NCBI GenBank assembly: GCA_965240325.2 | Contig: OZ251253.1 | Coordinates: 124,001 to 188,000, forward strand | Origin: Rebecca billardiae RCC1528 | Taxonomy: Eukaryota > Protista > Haptophyta | DNA: 64,000 nucleotides | Direction of reading: 5' to 3' | Shown here: positions 1 to 13,082 of the stretch, one piece after another | How positions within the stretch are numbered: position 1 is the first letter of the stretch | Layout: each line of letters begins with the position of its first letter | Translations under genes and position numbers: made by a program | Notes under the pieces: generated by a model | What the model saw: only the letters and a program-made list of their open reading frames with translations | Databases searched by the model: none | What the model was told of the DNA's origin: nothing

Positions 1-317
1 TTGAGCGCGCTTGCCGCCTACAGATTCGTCCGCGCGAAAGCCCAAGCGCTCGCGGCGAATTCGCTGCATCGCTGGCAGTTGGCACGTCATGCGCGCTTGC
101 GCGTGCGCCTTTTATGAACTCGCGCGCGATGAACGAGGATTACGCCGCGCCACTGGCCAGTGCAGCCACTGGGCAAGTGGGTGCAGATTCAGTCGCGGCG
201 TCGCATCTGCCCGACACACGCCCCGCGCGCGTGCCGCGCGCTCCCGGCCCGTGAGCGCGTGAGCGCGGCGCGCGCAGCCGCGTGCGCGCGCGAAGCCGAG
301 GGCGGCGCCGCCGGACG

Positions 318-1704
318 ATGCGCCCGGCGATGCTCGCGCACGCGCTCCTCCGCCTGCTCCCCCGCCGCGCCCCGCCGCCGCCGCCGCCGTCCGGCAGCGC
401 CGAGCCGCTGGAGCCTTTGGTGCTGGTGCTGCCGCTCTCGCACGCGCTGCTCGCGCTGTGCGCGCTGCTCGTGCTGCGCGCGGCGCGGCTGCTCTGGCGG
501 ATGCGAGCGGTGCAGGTGGCGTACGCCGCCCGCCTCGCCCCGCTCCCGCCCGCGCCGCCGCCCCTCCTCCTCGCCGCCGACAAGCGCGGCGCCGGGCCGC
601 CGTCGTGCGCCGGCTCCGACTCCTCGCCCTCGCCCGCCTCCGGCGACGCGGACGGGTGCGACGAGCCGAGGCGCGGGCTGGGCGCGGAGGGGGTCGCTGA
701 GGCGGGGCGGCAGCTCACCTCCGCGCTCGCGCCCGCCGACCTCTCGCTCGGCGCCTCGCTCCAGCGGCTGCGCCACAAGCCGCCGCCGATGTGAGCGCGC
801 GCGCGCCGCGCGCCCGGCGCGCGGGCGTTCGGCGCGGGCCGCGGCTGAGCGCGTGCTCCCGCCCCGCGCTCTGCGCTCGCGCCCGCGCGCCCGCGCGCGC
901 AGGCACGACGCGCCCGACGTGGACGAGCTCCTCGCCGAGCACGGCGCGCGCGTGCGCGCGATGCTGGCGCGCGCGTGCGCGGAGGGCTGGGCGGGCTTCA
1001 AGCCGGGCCAGCACGACGCCTTGTACGCGCTGCGCTTCCTGCTGTCGCACAAGCTGTGCGCGGAGAAGGCGGCGTGCGCGATGAAGGAGACGCTCGCGTG
1101 GCGCGAGCGCAACCGCGTCGACGAGATCAACGCCTTCGTGCGCACGCACCCGCAGTCGGCGTTCCCGGGGCACGCGCGCATCGCGCCGCACTTCTACACG
1201 CCCGTGTACACGCCGGCGGGCGACTGGCCGCCGTTCATGGTGATCGACGCGGCGATCCTCGACCCGGCGGCGCTGATGGGCGAGATCTCGGTGGACGACT
1301 ACGTCGTGTACTCCATGTACCTCTCCGAGCTCATGCACGCGCGCTGCGACGAGATCACGCGGCGCACGCGCAAGCTGATGAAGGCGACGCGTCTGGTGGG
1401 CATGGCGGGGCTGCGCGTGCGGCACGCGTCCATGGGCTTTGCGCGCGCGGCGGCGGCGGCGGCGAAGGACCACGTGGACTGCTACCCGCAGAACCTGGGG
1501 CACCTGTTCCTGTGCAACGTGCCGTACGCCATGCGCGTGCTCTGGGACGGCGCCGTGCGCCCCCTCCTCCCCGAGCGCGTGATCGAGAAGACGTCGGTGC
1601 TCAACCCGCTGTGCGAGCCAGCCGACCTCGACCGCGTGACAGACTACGTGCGCTTCGACGAGCTGCCCGCGTGCATACACCCGGGCGCGGGCGGGGCGCG
1701 CTGA
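318..1704 (+). CDS. CRAL-TRIO (Sec14-like) lipid-binding protein with N-terminal hydrophobic anchor; 2 exons (318-790, 903-1704)
   Basis: The intron 791-902 (GTGAGC...GCAG) joins AT|G-HDAPDVD in frame. Motifs ALRFLLSHK, AMKETLAWRERN and YPQNLGHLFLCNVPYAMRVLWDGAVRPLLPERVIEKT match the Sec14/CRAL-TRIO consensus. The start could be ATG 318 or 330. Confidence 0.85.
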
Positions 1705-2300
1705 GGGGGCGGGGGGCGGGGCGTGGCTGGCGCGCCGCGCGCCGGCCGCTGGGCCCGCGTCCTCGCCGCCAGCCGCGCCGCCGCCTGCGTCCGATCGTCG
1801 CCGTCGCTGCAGCTGCCTGCAGCGCGGCCGGTCTGCGGCGGCGGCGCGCCCCGCGCCTGACGCAGTGCCGCCGCCGCCTCTGCCGCCTCGGCTCAGACTC
1901 GTCTGTCGTCGCCTGCTGCGCTGCGCCACAGCGGCCGGCTGGGGCCCCGCCGCACCTCGGCCGCGGCGGGGACGCCTCCCCGGCTGAGCCGGCTTGCCGC
2001 CTGCTGCTGCCAGGGCCGTGCGCGGGCGCGCAGCGCGTGGCGCGCGCGCGCTCGTCGTGTCGGCCGGCTGGCTAGCCAGTGCCGGCCGCGTCCGGGCATC
2101 TCTCCACGTCGTCCCAGCCACTCACCCGGATTAGCCGCCAAGGAAACGGGAAACCTCAAACCTGTAAAAGTGTAAAACAAACTGCCGCTGTGAAAAAAAA
2201 CGGATGCTGGTTTCGGGTTTCAGTTTCTTGCCGCCACCTTTGCGCTCGCGAAACAGCCATCGTTACACGCAGCAGCAGCAGCAACGCCACCCAGCGCGCC

Positions 2301-3033
2301 ATGCTCGCCGTCGACTACGAGGGGCGGCCGCGCGCGCCGCACCCGCTGGCGCGCGGGCTGCGCAAGCGCGTGGCCGACGCGCAGCGCGGCGCGGCGTCGC
2401 GCCGCCGCGCGCGCTCCGCCTCGCCCCCGCCGCCGCTGCTCGCGCTCGACGCCGCCGCCGCCGCGCCGGGCGGCGGCGGCGGCGGCGGCCGCTCGGGCGG
2501 CGGCCGCAAGCCGCCGCCGCTCGCGCCGCTCGCGCCCGCGCCGTTCGCGCCGCCGGCAATCGCGAACCACACGTGGCAGTTCGAGGCGCTCGCCTTCGAC
2601 TACGCCGCCCGGCGCGCCGCGCTCGGCGCGCAGCTCGCCGCCGCGCACGGGTCGATCACGCGCGCGGCCGCGCGGGCGCCCGAGCGCGCCGAGGCCGCGC
2701 GCGCGCGCGAGCTGCGCGCGGTCGCGCCGGCGCTGGCGGGGCTGCGCTCGACGCTGCTGCAGATGGTGCTCGTGTACGAGGACTGGGCCGCGTCCAAGGC
2801 CCACTGGCCCGCGCGCCTCGCCGAGCTCACGCCGCCCGTCGGCGCCAGGCTGTCGCCGCGGCGCCGGCGCGGCGGCGCGCGCGCGGGCGCGGGCGCGGGC
2901 GCGCCGCCGCCGCCCGCCGCGCGCGGCGGCACGTTCGCGCGCGAGCCCACCTCGCGCGGCGAGGCGCCTCCGGCGGCGTCGCGCGGCGCGCGCGCCTCCG
3001 CGCCCCGCCCCAAGCCTGCCGTCTCCTTCCAAC

Positions 3034-3092
<59 letters not shown>

Positions 3093-3120
3093 GACGGCGG
3101 CGGCGCCGGCCGCCGCGAGC

Positions 3121-3157
<37 letters not shown>

Positions 3158-6150
3158 GATGCGCGACACGATCGCGCGGCGCGCGATCGCCAACTCGGCG
3201 GGCGGCGGCGTGGGCGTGACGTGGGGCGACGCCTTCTCCCGCCGCCACCCGCCGCCGCGCGCGCTCGTCCTCGCCGCCGCCTCCTCCGAGCGGCCGCAGC
3301 CGGCGGCGCACTTCCGCGCGCCCGCGCTCCGCTGCTGCGCCGAGGTGCCGCCCACGGTGGGCGCGCGCGCCAACGCGAACCTGTGGCACGGGTGGGACGA
3401 GCTGCTCAGGGCGCTGTCGGACTTCTGGGCGCTGCCGCTCCCCACCGCCTCCGACCCGTTCACGCTGCGCCTGCTCGACGCCGACCTCGACGAGGACGAC
3501 GGCGGGCGCGCGGCGGACGTGGCGCGCGCGGCGCACGCGGCCGCGGCCGCGAGCGCAACGAGCGCGCGCACGGCCGCGGCGGCGCGGCGGCAGGCGGCGG
3601 CGGCGGCGGCGGCGCGGCGCTCGCGCTCCGCCTCGCCCGGGCACTCCGCCCCCGTCTCGCCCACCGCCGACGTGCTCTACGCGCCCGGCGGCCCCGCCGG
3701 CCCGTTCCCGCTCGCGGGCGGCGGCGCGGCCGGCGCGGCCGGCGCCGCGCCGGCCGGCGGCGGCGCGGCCGCGCCGGCGCCGCCCGAGGCGGCGGCCGCG
3801 CGCGCGCCCGCCGCCGCGGAGACGGCGGCGCTCGCCCCGCCCGAGCCCGCGCCCGCCGGCGCGGCGGCCGAGCTCGGCGCGCCCGCGCCCGCGCCCGAGC
3901 CCGCCTCGCCCTCCGCCGCCGCCGCCGCCGCCTCGCCCGCGCCGCCGGGCGCGCCGGCCGCGGCGCGCGCCGCCGGCCGCGGCGGCGTGCGCGCGACGCC
4001 CGCGGCTGGCGGCCTCGGCAGCCTGCACCCGTCGCTGTGGCACTCGGCGGAGGAGCTGGGCGCGATGGCGCGCGCGGAGGGCGTGCTGCGCACCGCGCTC
4101 GGCCGCGCGCTCCGGCTGCGCCTCGCCGAGCTCGAGCTCGCGCGCACCGCCGCGCCGCCCGCCGCGCTCTCCGACACCGCCGCCGCCGCCGCCGCCGCCG
4201 CGGCCGCGGCCGCGGGCGGCGGCGGCGGCGGCGCGGCGGCGGCGGCGCTCTCGCCGCGCTCGCCGCGCGCAGCCGGCTCGAGCGCGCAGCCCTCGCCGCC
4301 GCCGCCCTCGCCGCGCCGCCTCGCGCCGCCCTCGCTGCCCGGCGACGACGCATGGCGCGCGGGCGCGGCCGCGCTGTTCGGCTCGGCCGCGGCGTTTGCG
4401 CGCCGGCTGCGGCGCGCGGCGGCGCGCGAGCGCGCGGCGTCGACGATTGCGATGGCGCTGCGCCGGCGCGAGCTGTTGCGCCGCGCGGCGCGGCGCGCGG
4501 CGCGCGTGCGCGACGCGCACGCGCGCGTCATCCAGCGCGCCGCGCGCGAGCGCGCCACGCTGCGCCACGCCGCGGCGGCGGTCGCGGCCGCGGCCGCGGC
4601 CGCGGCCGCGGCCGCGGCGGCCGAGCGCGGCGGCGGCGCGGCCGCCGACGCGCCCGCCGACGGCGGCGCGGGTGCGGGCGCGGAGGGCGGCGCCGGCGCG
4701 CCGCACGCGCCGCCCGCCGCCGCGTCCGCCGCGTCCACCGCCGCCTCGCGCAAGCCCTCCGCCGCCGCCATCGACTCGGTGGCGGCGGCGGCGGCGGCGG
4801 CGCAGGCGGCGGCCATTGTGGAGGCGCGCGAGGCGCGCGACGCAGGCGCGCGGCAGCGGCGGCGGCAGGCGCGGCTGGTGCGCGCGGCGCGGTGGCGCGC
4901 GGAGGTGCTCGAGGTGGCGCGCCGGCTGCGCGCGCTCGTCGCCATCCAGGCCTCCGCGCGCGTGCGCCGCGCGCGCGTCCTCCTGCGCCGTCTGCGCGTG
5001 CGCGCGGCCGCGTTCGCGTCGCGTCTCGACGAGCAGCGCCGCGGCGGCCGGCTGGGCCCGGCGGTGGTGGGCTGGCAGCGGCACTCGCGGCGGCGCGCGC
5101 TGGCGGCGGCGGTGTGCCGCGCCGAGATGCTCCGCGCGCACCGCCTCGGACACGGCGCCTCCGCCGCGTCCGAGGGCGCCGCCGCGCTGCTCGCGGCCGC
5201 GGCCGCGGCGCACGCCGCCGCGCGCACGCGCGCGCGCGCGCTCCGCGCCGCCGCGGCGGACGCGGAATTGCTGCGCCGCGCGGCGGGCGGGTGGGAGGCG
5301 GCGGAGGCGCGCGCGCTCGCCGACGGCGCGGCGGCGGCGCTGCGCGCGCTGCCCATCCCGCCGCCCACCGAGCCGACCGAGCCGCCGCCCGGCGGCGCCG
5401 CGGCCGACGGCGGCGGCGACGGCGGCGGCGGCGCCGCCGCGCCCGCGCCCGCCGCCGCCGCCGCGCCCGCCGCCGCGCCGCCGCAGTCGGCGCGCGCGGC
5501 GCTGTCCGCGGTGCGCGCGGCGCTCAACGCGCACGCGACGGCGCTGCGCGCGGCGCTCAACGCCGCCGAGACCGCCGCGCTCGCCGACGCGGACGCGGAG
5601 CGCGGCGCGCGCCCCGCCGGCGGCAGCGGCACCCACCTCGGCGCCGACGTGGGCGGCGGCGCGCTCGGCGCGCTCGGCGGCGGCGGCGGCGGCGGCGGCG
5701 GCGGGCTCGCGACGCCGTCGGCGGCGACGCCGTCGGCGCACGGCGGCTCGGCGGCGACGACGCCGGCGCACTCGGCGCGGCGCGCGCGCCAGTCCATGCC
5801 GGCGCACGCGCACGGCCTCGGCGCCGCCGCCTTTGCCGAGTCGTCGCTCGGCGCCGCCGCCGCCGCGGCGACGGCGACCACGCCGGGCGGCGGGCGGCGC
5901 TCGGCGGCGGCGGCGGGCGCGGGCCGCGCGCCGCGCGCTTCGTTCGCCGCCGCGCGCGGCTCCGCCGCGCCGCCGCCGCGCTCGCCGATCAAGTCGCCGA
6001 GCAAGTCGCCGTCCGCGCGCGCGTCGGCGGTGCGCTGGCCCGCGGGCGCGCACGGCGGCGGCGCGTCCTTCGCCGACTCGGCCGCCGCGCCGCGCTCGCC
6101 CACCAAGCGCGGCGTGAGCGGCGGCGTGCGTTGGCAGCCGCAGCCGTCGC

Positions 6151-6190
<40 letters not shown>

Positions 6191-7264
6191 GCGCGCGTCG
6201 CTCGGCGGCCCGATGCTGCTGCGCGGCGCGTCGACGGCGAGCGCGCTCGGCGGCGGCGGCGGCGCGGACGCGGGCGGCGGCGCTGCTGCCGGCGGCGCGT
6301 CGCCGCGCACGGCCGCGTCGCTCGAGTCGGCGCTGGGCGCGCGCGCGTGCGGGCTCGCGTGGCGCGCGGCGCTGCGCCGCCGCCGCCGGCTCGCGACGCT
6401 GGCCGGCGCGGCGCGCACGCTCGGCCACGTGTCCGCCGCGGCGGCGGCGGCGGAGGGCGGCGGCGGCGGCGCGGGCGCGCGCGCGGACTGGGCGTCGGAG
6501 GTGTCGGCCGGCCACCTCGCCGCGCTCGGCGGCGCGGCCGACGCGGCGCGCGCCGCGCTCGGCGGCGCCGAGCGCCGGCTGCTGGGCGCGGTCACGGCCA
6601 CCGCGGCGGCGGCGCGCGCGCGCGGCGGGCTGAACGCGCTCAACGAGCTCACGGGCGCGCTGCGCCGCGTGGCGGCCGACGTGGGCTCGTCGGCGGCGGG
6701 CGGCGGCGCGTCGGCCGAGGCGGCGGCCGAGGCCGCCGCCGCGCGCGCGCTCGACGAGCTCCGCGGCCGCGTCGCCGCGGCGAGCGACGCGGCGGCCGCG
6801 GCGGCGCGCGCGGCCGACGCGGCCGTGGCCGCGGGCGCGGACGCGCGCGCCGCGCTGCTCGGCGCGGCAGAGGGCGTGGCGGGCGCGGAGGGCGGCGGGC
6901 GGATGGCGGCGGCGCTGGAGGCGCACGCGCGCGCGCTCCTCCTCCAGGCGTGCCTCCTGCGCCGCACGCAGCAGACCGCGCTTATCGTCGCGACCAACGC
7001 CACCAAGCCCGCCTTCAAAGCGTCGCGCGCCGCGCTGCGCGCGCACGCGGGCGCGTCCGCGCAGCTGTCCGAGCTGCGCGCGGCGGCGGGCGCGCACGGC
7101 GCCTCGATCGCGGTGCGGCTCTCCACGCCGATCTCGCAGCTCGCGCCCAAAGGGCGCGCGCCCGCCCTCGTCGACGCCGCCGAGGTCGGCGCCGCCTTCG
7201 TCGAGGACATCCGAGCGTTCGCCAAGACGTCCGCGGGCACGCTGCAGCTCAGCCACGCCACGTT

Positions 7265-7312
<48 letters not shown>

Positions 7313-8316
7313 GGCCGCGGCGACGCCGCGCGCGGACGCGGCGGCGGCGGCGGCGTCCGCCGCCGACGGCGGCGGTGGCGGCGCGTGCGGCGCCGACGGC
7401 GCGTCCGCCGCGTCCGCGTCCGCCCCCGAGTGGGGGCCTTTGGAGGAGGAGGAGCAGCGCGTGGTGGTGGCCACGCTGCTGGCGCTGCCCGCGCGCCAGC
7501 CGTCGCCCGCGGCCTCGGCCGTGCGGCGCGCGTCGCGCACGGCGATGGCGCCGCCCGGCGCGGCTGCGGCGGCCGGGCTGCCGCTGTCGGTCGACGCGGC
7601 GCACGCGGCCGCGCCCGCGCTCGGCAGCGCCGCCACCGCCGCCGCGTCCCTCCTCGACGGCCTCCCCCCGCCCGCGCTTGGCGGCCCCGAGCTGGCGGAG
7701 CAGCTGGTGGCGCAGCTGCGCGCCGGGCTGGTGCCGCTGCCCGCGACGGCGCTCGCGATGCGCGGCGGCGGCGGCGCGTCGTTTGGCGGCGAGCGCGCGG
7801 AGTCGGCCGGCGGCGGCCTCCGCGCCGAGCTGCCCGCCAGCCCGACGCGGCGCAACCGGCGCGAGAGCGGCGGCGGCGGCGGCGGCCACGCGCACGGCGG
7901 CGGCGGCGGCTCGGCGGCGCCGTCGCTGCCGAGCGTGCGCGCGCTGCCGCTCGGCACGAGCCTCGTGACGGGCTCGGGCGCGGCGGCGGCGTTCAACGTG
8001 CGCCGCGCGCTGCGCTTCGCCGAGGACGAGGCGCAGGCGTCGCTCGACGTGGCGAGCGCGGCGCTCGGCGCGGCGCTCTCCGCCAAGGCCGCGCGGCGCG
8101 AGCGCGCGCGCGCGGCGGCCGCGGCGCGCGTCACGCCGCCCACGCCGCGCGCCGCGCGCCGCGCGGCCGTGGCGACGCGGCGCGCGTCGCTCGGCGCGCG
8201 CGGCGGCGGCGGCGGCGCGGGCGCCGAGGCCGCCGCCGCCGCCGCCGCCACCGCCGCGCGCGCCGCCGCGCGCCGCGCGCGCACCTCGCGCGCCGAGGGC
8301 GCCGCCGCCGCCGCGC

Positions 8317-8371
<55 letters not shown>

Positions 8372-9060
8372 GGCCGAGCACGACGACGACGACGACGTCG
8401 ACGAGGCGGACGAGGAGGAGATGGACGCGGACGCGGCGGCGGCGGCGGCGGCGGCGTCGCTCGCGCCGGACAAGGCGGCGGCCGCGGCCGACGCCGCCTC
8501 CGCCGAGGCCGCGGCCGACGACTCGGTCGAGGTCGCCGCGCAGGTCCGAGCGGAGGCGGCGGCCGCCGCGGCCGCGCTCTCCGCGTCCGCGCACGAGGAG
8601 GCACGGATGGCGACCGCGCCCGGCTCGGTGCACGACCTGAAGCGGCTGTCGGAGGAGCTGCGCGGCCGGCTGCGCGTGCTGCAGCGGCTGAGCGTGCACT
8701 GCCCCTCCGAGCTCCGCGCCGCGCGCGAGTGGCTCCCCGGCGCGCTCGAGCGCCTCGGCCGCGAGATGGATGCGGGCGCCGCGCGGCACCGCGCCGCCGT
8801 GCGCTCGCTGGGACCGCTGCACAGCCGGCGGCGCGAGGTGAAGGCGCAGCGGCGGCAGACGCACGCGATGATCTCGGTGCTGCAGGCCGCCGCGCCCGCG
8901 ATGGGCTGGCCGCTCCTGCGCGCCGCCGCGCGCACCGAGGCGGCGCACGACACCGCGCACGCCGCCACCGCCGCGGCCGCGGCCGACGCGGACGCGGACG
9001 CGCCGCCGCCGCCGCCGCTCGGCGCCGCCGCGTCCGCGCTCGGCGCCAGCTCGAGCTACA

Positions 9061-9097
<37 letters not shown>

Positions 9098-10263
9098 GGG
9101 CGGGGCGCGCTGGCTCTCCGGCGGCGGCGCCGCCACCGAGGCCGCCCTCGGCGCGCCGCTGCACGACGAGCCCTGGGCGGAGGGCGGTGGGCAGCGCAGA
9201 CTCGCGCAGAAGGCGCTCGCGCTGCGCATCGCGGACGCGGCCGCGCTCGCGGGCGCGGACGCGCTCGGCGACGCGCTCGGGCTGAACGGCGGCGCGGAGG
9301 GCTCGGTGATGGGCTCGCTCTCCGCCGGGCTCGCCACCGCGCCCGCCGCGCGCGCCGCCGCGCCGCCGCCGCTGCCCTCGCTCGCCACCGCCAAGGCGCG
9401 CGCCGCGGCCGAGGCGGCCGCGGCCGCGGCCGCGGCGCGCGCCGACGGCGGCGGCGCGCCGCCGCCGCCGCCCGCCGCGCCGCCGCCGCCGCCCGCGGCG
9501 GCGGCGGCGGGCGCGTCGCGCCGCGCGGCGCGCGCGTCGATGGCGCCGCGCATGATGCTCGCGTCCCACCCGACGCAGCCCAGCCTCGCGCTCGACACCG
9601 CCGCCTCCGCCGGCGCGCGGCGCTCGTCGCTCGGCGGCGGGCCGCCGGCCGGCGCGGCCGCCGCCGACGGCGGCGCCGCCGCCGCCGCTTCGTCCGGCGT
9701 GCCGGGGCGGCGCTCGAAGCGGCGCGGCGGCGCGGACGCGCGCGGCGCGGGCGTCGTGGCCGCGCCCGCGCCGCGCGCGCGCGCCCGCGCCTCCGCCGCG
9801 CGGTACGCCGAGGCGGGCGCGCGCTGGGCCGCGGTGCGCGCGCTGCTGCAGCTGCAGCCGCGCCCTTCGCTCGCGCGCCCGGCGGCGCCTGGCGAGCCCG
9901 GCGTCGCCGCCGTCACGCCCGCCGACCTGCTCGGGATGGCGCGGCTGCTCGAGATCGACGTGAGCGTGGGCGGCGGCGAGTGGCACCTGCTGTGGTGCGC
10001 GCGCGCGCCGCCGGCCGCGCCGCCGCCCTCCGCGCCGACCGCCGCGCGCCCACCTCTCACGCCGACTCGACCGCGCGCGCCCGCCCGCGCGCCCGCCCGC
10101 GCGCCTGCTGCGCCTGCCGCTCGCTCGCTCAGGCTTGCGGTGAGCGCGCTGACCGCGCCGCTGCCGTGGTGCTGGGAGGAGGAGGCGCTGCCCGCCGAGG
10201 CGGTGCCCGAGGGGCAGTGCGTGCTGCCCCTGCGGCTGCGCCACCGGCTGAGCAAGAAGCAGG

Positions 10264-10323
<60 letters not shown>

Positions 10324-11780
10324 TGTGTGCGTGCGCGCCAAAGGGGCGACGCGACCGCCGCGCGCCCCGACCACACGCCCCCTCCTGCCTCCCCCCCCAC
10401 CCCCAGACCTCCGAGCACCCGCTCCTGTACGCATACTACGAGGCAGTGCTCTACGAGCGCCCGCGCTCGCACGCACGGCAGCGGCGCTGGGAGGGCTTCA
10501 GCGGCACGTGGCAGTTTGTAGAGCCGAGGACGGGCGCGCCGGTGTACGTGGACCTGGCGAGCGGGGAGGTGCTCGGCGCGATGCCGCTGCCGCCGCCGCA
10601 CGGCGCGAAGGGCGCGCGGCGCGGCGAGCGCGCGCCGCGCGCCGTGCGCACCATCACGCGCCAGTCCGCCGCGCGGCCCGCCGCCCACGGCCGCGCCAAC
10701 GCCGCCGCCGCCGCCGCCGGCTCAGACTCGGAGCCGTCTGCATCGCCCAGCTCGAGCTCGGCGGTGGGCTCCGCCGCGGGCGGCGGCGAGGCCGACTCGG
10801 AGGACACGCTGCCCTTCGAGCTCGAGCCGCTCCCCGCGCTCGTCCTCAGCCGGTCGCTCAGCCGCAGCAAGACTTCGGGCGCGCTCGCGACGCCGGCGGC
10901 CGTCGCGGAGGGTGCGCAGGGTGCGCAGGGTGCGCAGGGTGCGGAGGGTGCGGAGGAGGACGAGGCGGCGGCGGCGGCGCGGCGCGGCGGCGCGGGGCTG
11001 GCGCCGCGCGGCGCGGCCGGCGGCGGCGCGGCCGGCGAGGGCGGCGGCGCCGCCGCCGCCGCCGCCGCCGCCGTCGGCGGCGGCAGCTTCAGCGCGAAGC
11101 GCGCCGCGGCCGCCGTCGCGTCGCCAGCCTCGCCCGCCTCCGCGTCGGCGCGCGCCGCGGCGCCCGCCGGCCTCGCCGCGCGCCGCGGCATCGACGTGCG
11201 AGCGCTCGGCCAGCGGCCCGCGGAGCGCGCGGCCGGCGGCGGCGCCGGCGCCGACGCCGACGCCGCCGACGCCGACGGCGCGGCGGGCGCGCAGCGCCGC
11301 GCGTCCTTCGCCCTCTCCGAGCTGCTCAGCGACGCGCGCGCGCGGCGGCGCGCGGACGAGGCGGCGCTCGGCGCGCTGCGCTACACGCACGCGCTGCGCG
11401 CCGTCTGCGCCCACGCGCGCGCGCGCTTCCGCGCGGCGCGGTTCCGCGCGCGGCGGCTCGCGCCGGTCTCGGTCGCGGCGATCCTCACCGCGGCGTCCGC
11501 GCTCGGCATCGACGTGCGCACCCCCGCCGAGGCCGAGCTCCTCCACTTCGCCGAGCTGGCGCTCATCTGCCCGACGCTGCCCGCGGGCTGGCGCGAGCTG
11601 ACCGCGACGGAGTCCGCGTTTGCTGCAGCCACGGCCGCGCCCGCGGCGGGCGGGCCGGCGCGCGGCGCGGAGGGCGGGCGCGACGACTTCTCGCTCGCGC
11701 TGCCGCCGCCCACGCCCGCGGCGCACAAGGCCGGCGGCGGAGCCGCCGCCGCCGCCGACGGCGGCCTCGCCCTCATCGAG

Positions 11781-11811
<31 letters not shown>

Positions 11812-13082
11812 TTGGCGGCGGCGGCGCGGCGGCGGCGGCTCAGACCCCCGCGTCGCGCACGGCGCGCGCGCCGCCGCCGCTGCGGTACGAGCACCTGCCG
11901 ACGGGCGCGCGCTCGGCGCTGCACCCGATCGCGCAGGACGTGGCGCGCGCGCGCACGCTCGGCGCGCGCGTCGCCGCGCGCATGGCCGCCGACTCCGCCG
12001 CCACCTACGAGCTGCGCGCCGCGCTCGCGACCGGCGACGAGCAGACCCTCGACGCGGCGGCGAGCGCGGCGGCGGAGGCGGCGCTGGCCGCCGAGCTCGG
12101 GTCGAACGTGGTGGCGGCGGGGCTGCTCGCCGGGTACGGCCACGCGGCGGCGGCGGCGGCTGCGGGGCCCGACGCCGCCGCCGACGCCGCCGCGATCGCC
12201 GCCGCCGCCGCCGCCGCCTCCACCGACGACGACGACCCTCTGTCGGGCGGCGTGGCCGCGCTGTCGCTTGGCGCGGCCGAGCCCGAGGTGTTGGAGAGGG
12301 TGGAGGCGGAGGGGGCGCGGCGCGCGTCGCTGCTGCCCGCGGCGCTGCCGCCGCAGCAGCTCGCGCTGCCCAGGGGCGGCGAGCGCGCGGCGCGCGCCGG
12401 CGGCGCCGACGCCGACGCCGCCGACGACGCGCAGCACGGGCTTGCCCTGCAGCTGCCGACACCCGCATCCATCGCAGCGCTCGCGGCGGACGCGGCCGCC
12501 GCCGCGGACGCGGCCGTCGCGCACGCCACCGAGCCGAGCGCCGACGCCGACGCCGACGCCGCCGACGCCGCGCGCGCCGGCGCGGCCGACGCGGCCGACG
12601 CCGACGCGCCGGCCGGCGGACTCGGTGCCGCCGAGGCGGAGGCGGCGGCCACGCACGCGCCCGGCGCCGTACAGGCGGCGGCCGAGAAGCTGCAGCCGCC
12701 GCCTCGGCCGCAGCCGCAGGAGGCGGAGGGGGAGGGGGGGGAGGAGGAGGAGCGCAGCGTGGGCGCGGATGGGCTGGGCGCGCCTGCGCCGCCGCCGCCT
12801 GAGCCCGCGCCGACGCAGGCCGCAGATGCCGACGGTGGCGCCGAGGGCGCAGGGTCGGCCGAGGGCGCGCCCGCCCCGCCGCAGCCGACGACGACGGCCG
12901 ACGACGACGGCACCACCGCAGCAGCCGCAGCGCAGCAGCCAGAGGGCGACCACGGCGAGGTGGAGGCGGAGGCGGCGCAGCCGGCGGGTGGCGAGGAGGC
13001 CGAGGCCGCCGCCGAGCCGGCGCTGCCCTCGGCCGCGGCGACGACGGAAGACGACGCCCGCTTGCACCTCGAGTCGGCCTGA
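2301..13082 (+). CDS. Giant Ala/Gly/Pro-rich protein with IQ-like motifs and two CEP164-N-terminus-like WW modules; at least 2 in-frame introns (9995-10132, 10263-10406)
   Basis: ATG at 2301 follows an AT-richer promoter. Removing GTGCGC...TCAG (138 nt) and GTGCGT...CCAG (144 nt) gives MARLLEIDV..EWHLLWLAVSALTAPLPWCWEE...HRLSKKQTSEHP. A second copy reads ASALGIDVRTPAEAELLHFAELALICPTLPAGWRE...YEHLPTGARSALHP. IQ-like motifs: VIQRAARER, AIQASARVRRAR. Confidence 0.7.
10263..10330 (+). repeat. (GCGT)n tetranucleotide microsatellite at the 5' end of an intron
   Basis: Direct run of GTGC/GCGT repeats; it translates as spurious VRAC repeats in the ORF track. Confidence 0.95.

Noticed and set aside
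2204-12802. Very long alternative-frame and antisense ORFs (e.g. 2204-12802 +, 2220-10688 -, and similar ones over 19-28 kb and 33-52 kb)
   Set aside because: These are Arg-rich or mirror-image translations expected from stop-codon scarcity at extreme GC. They have no domains and overlap better-supported frames.
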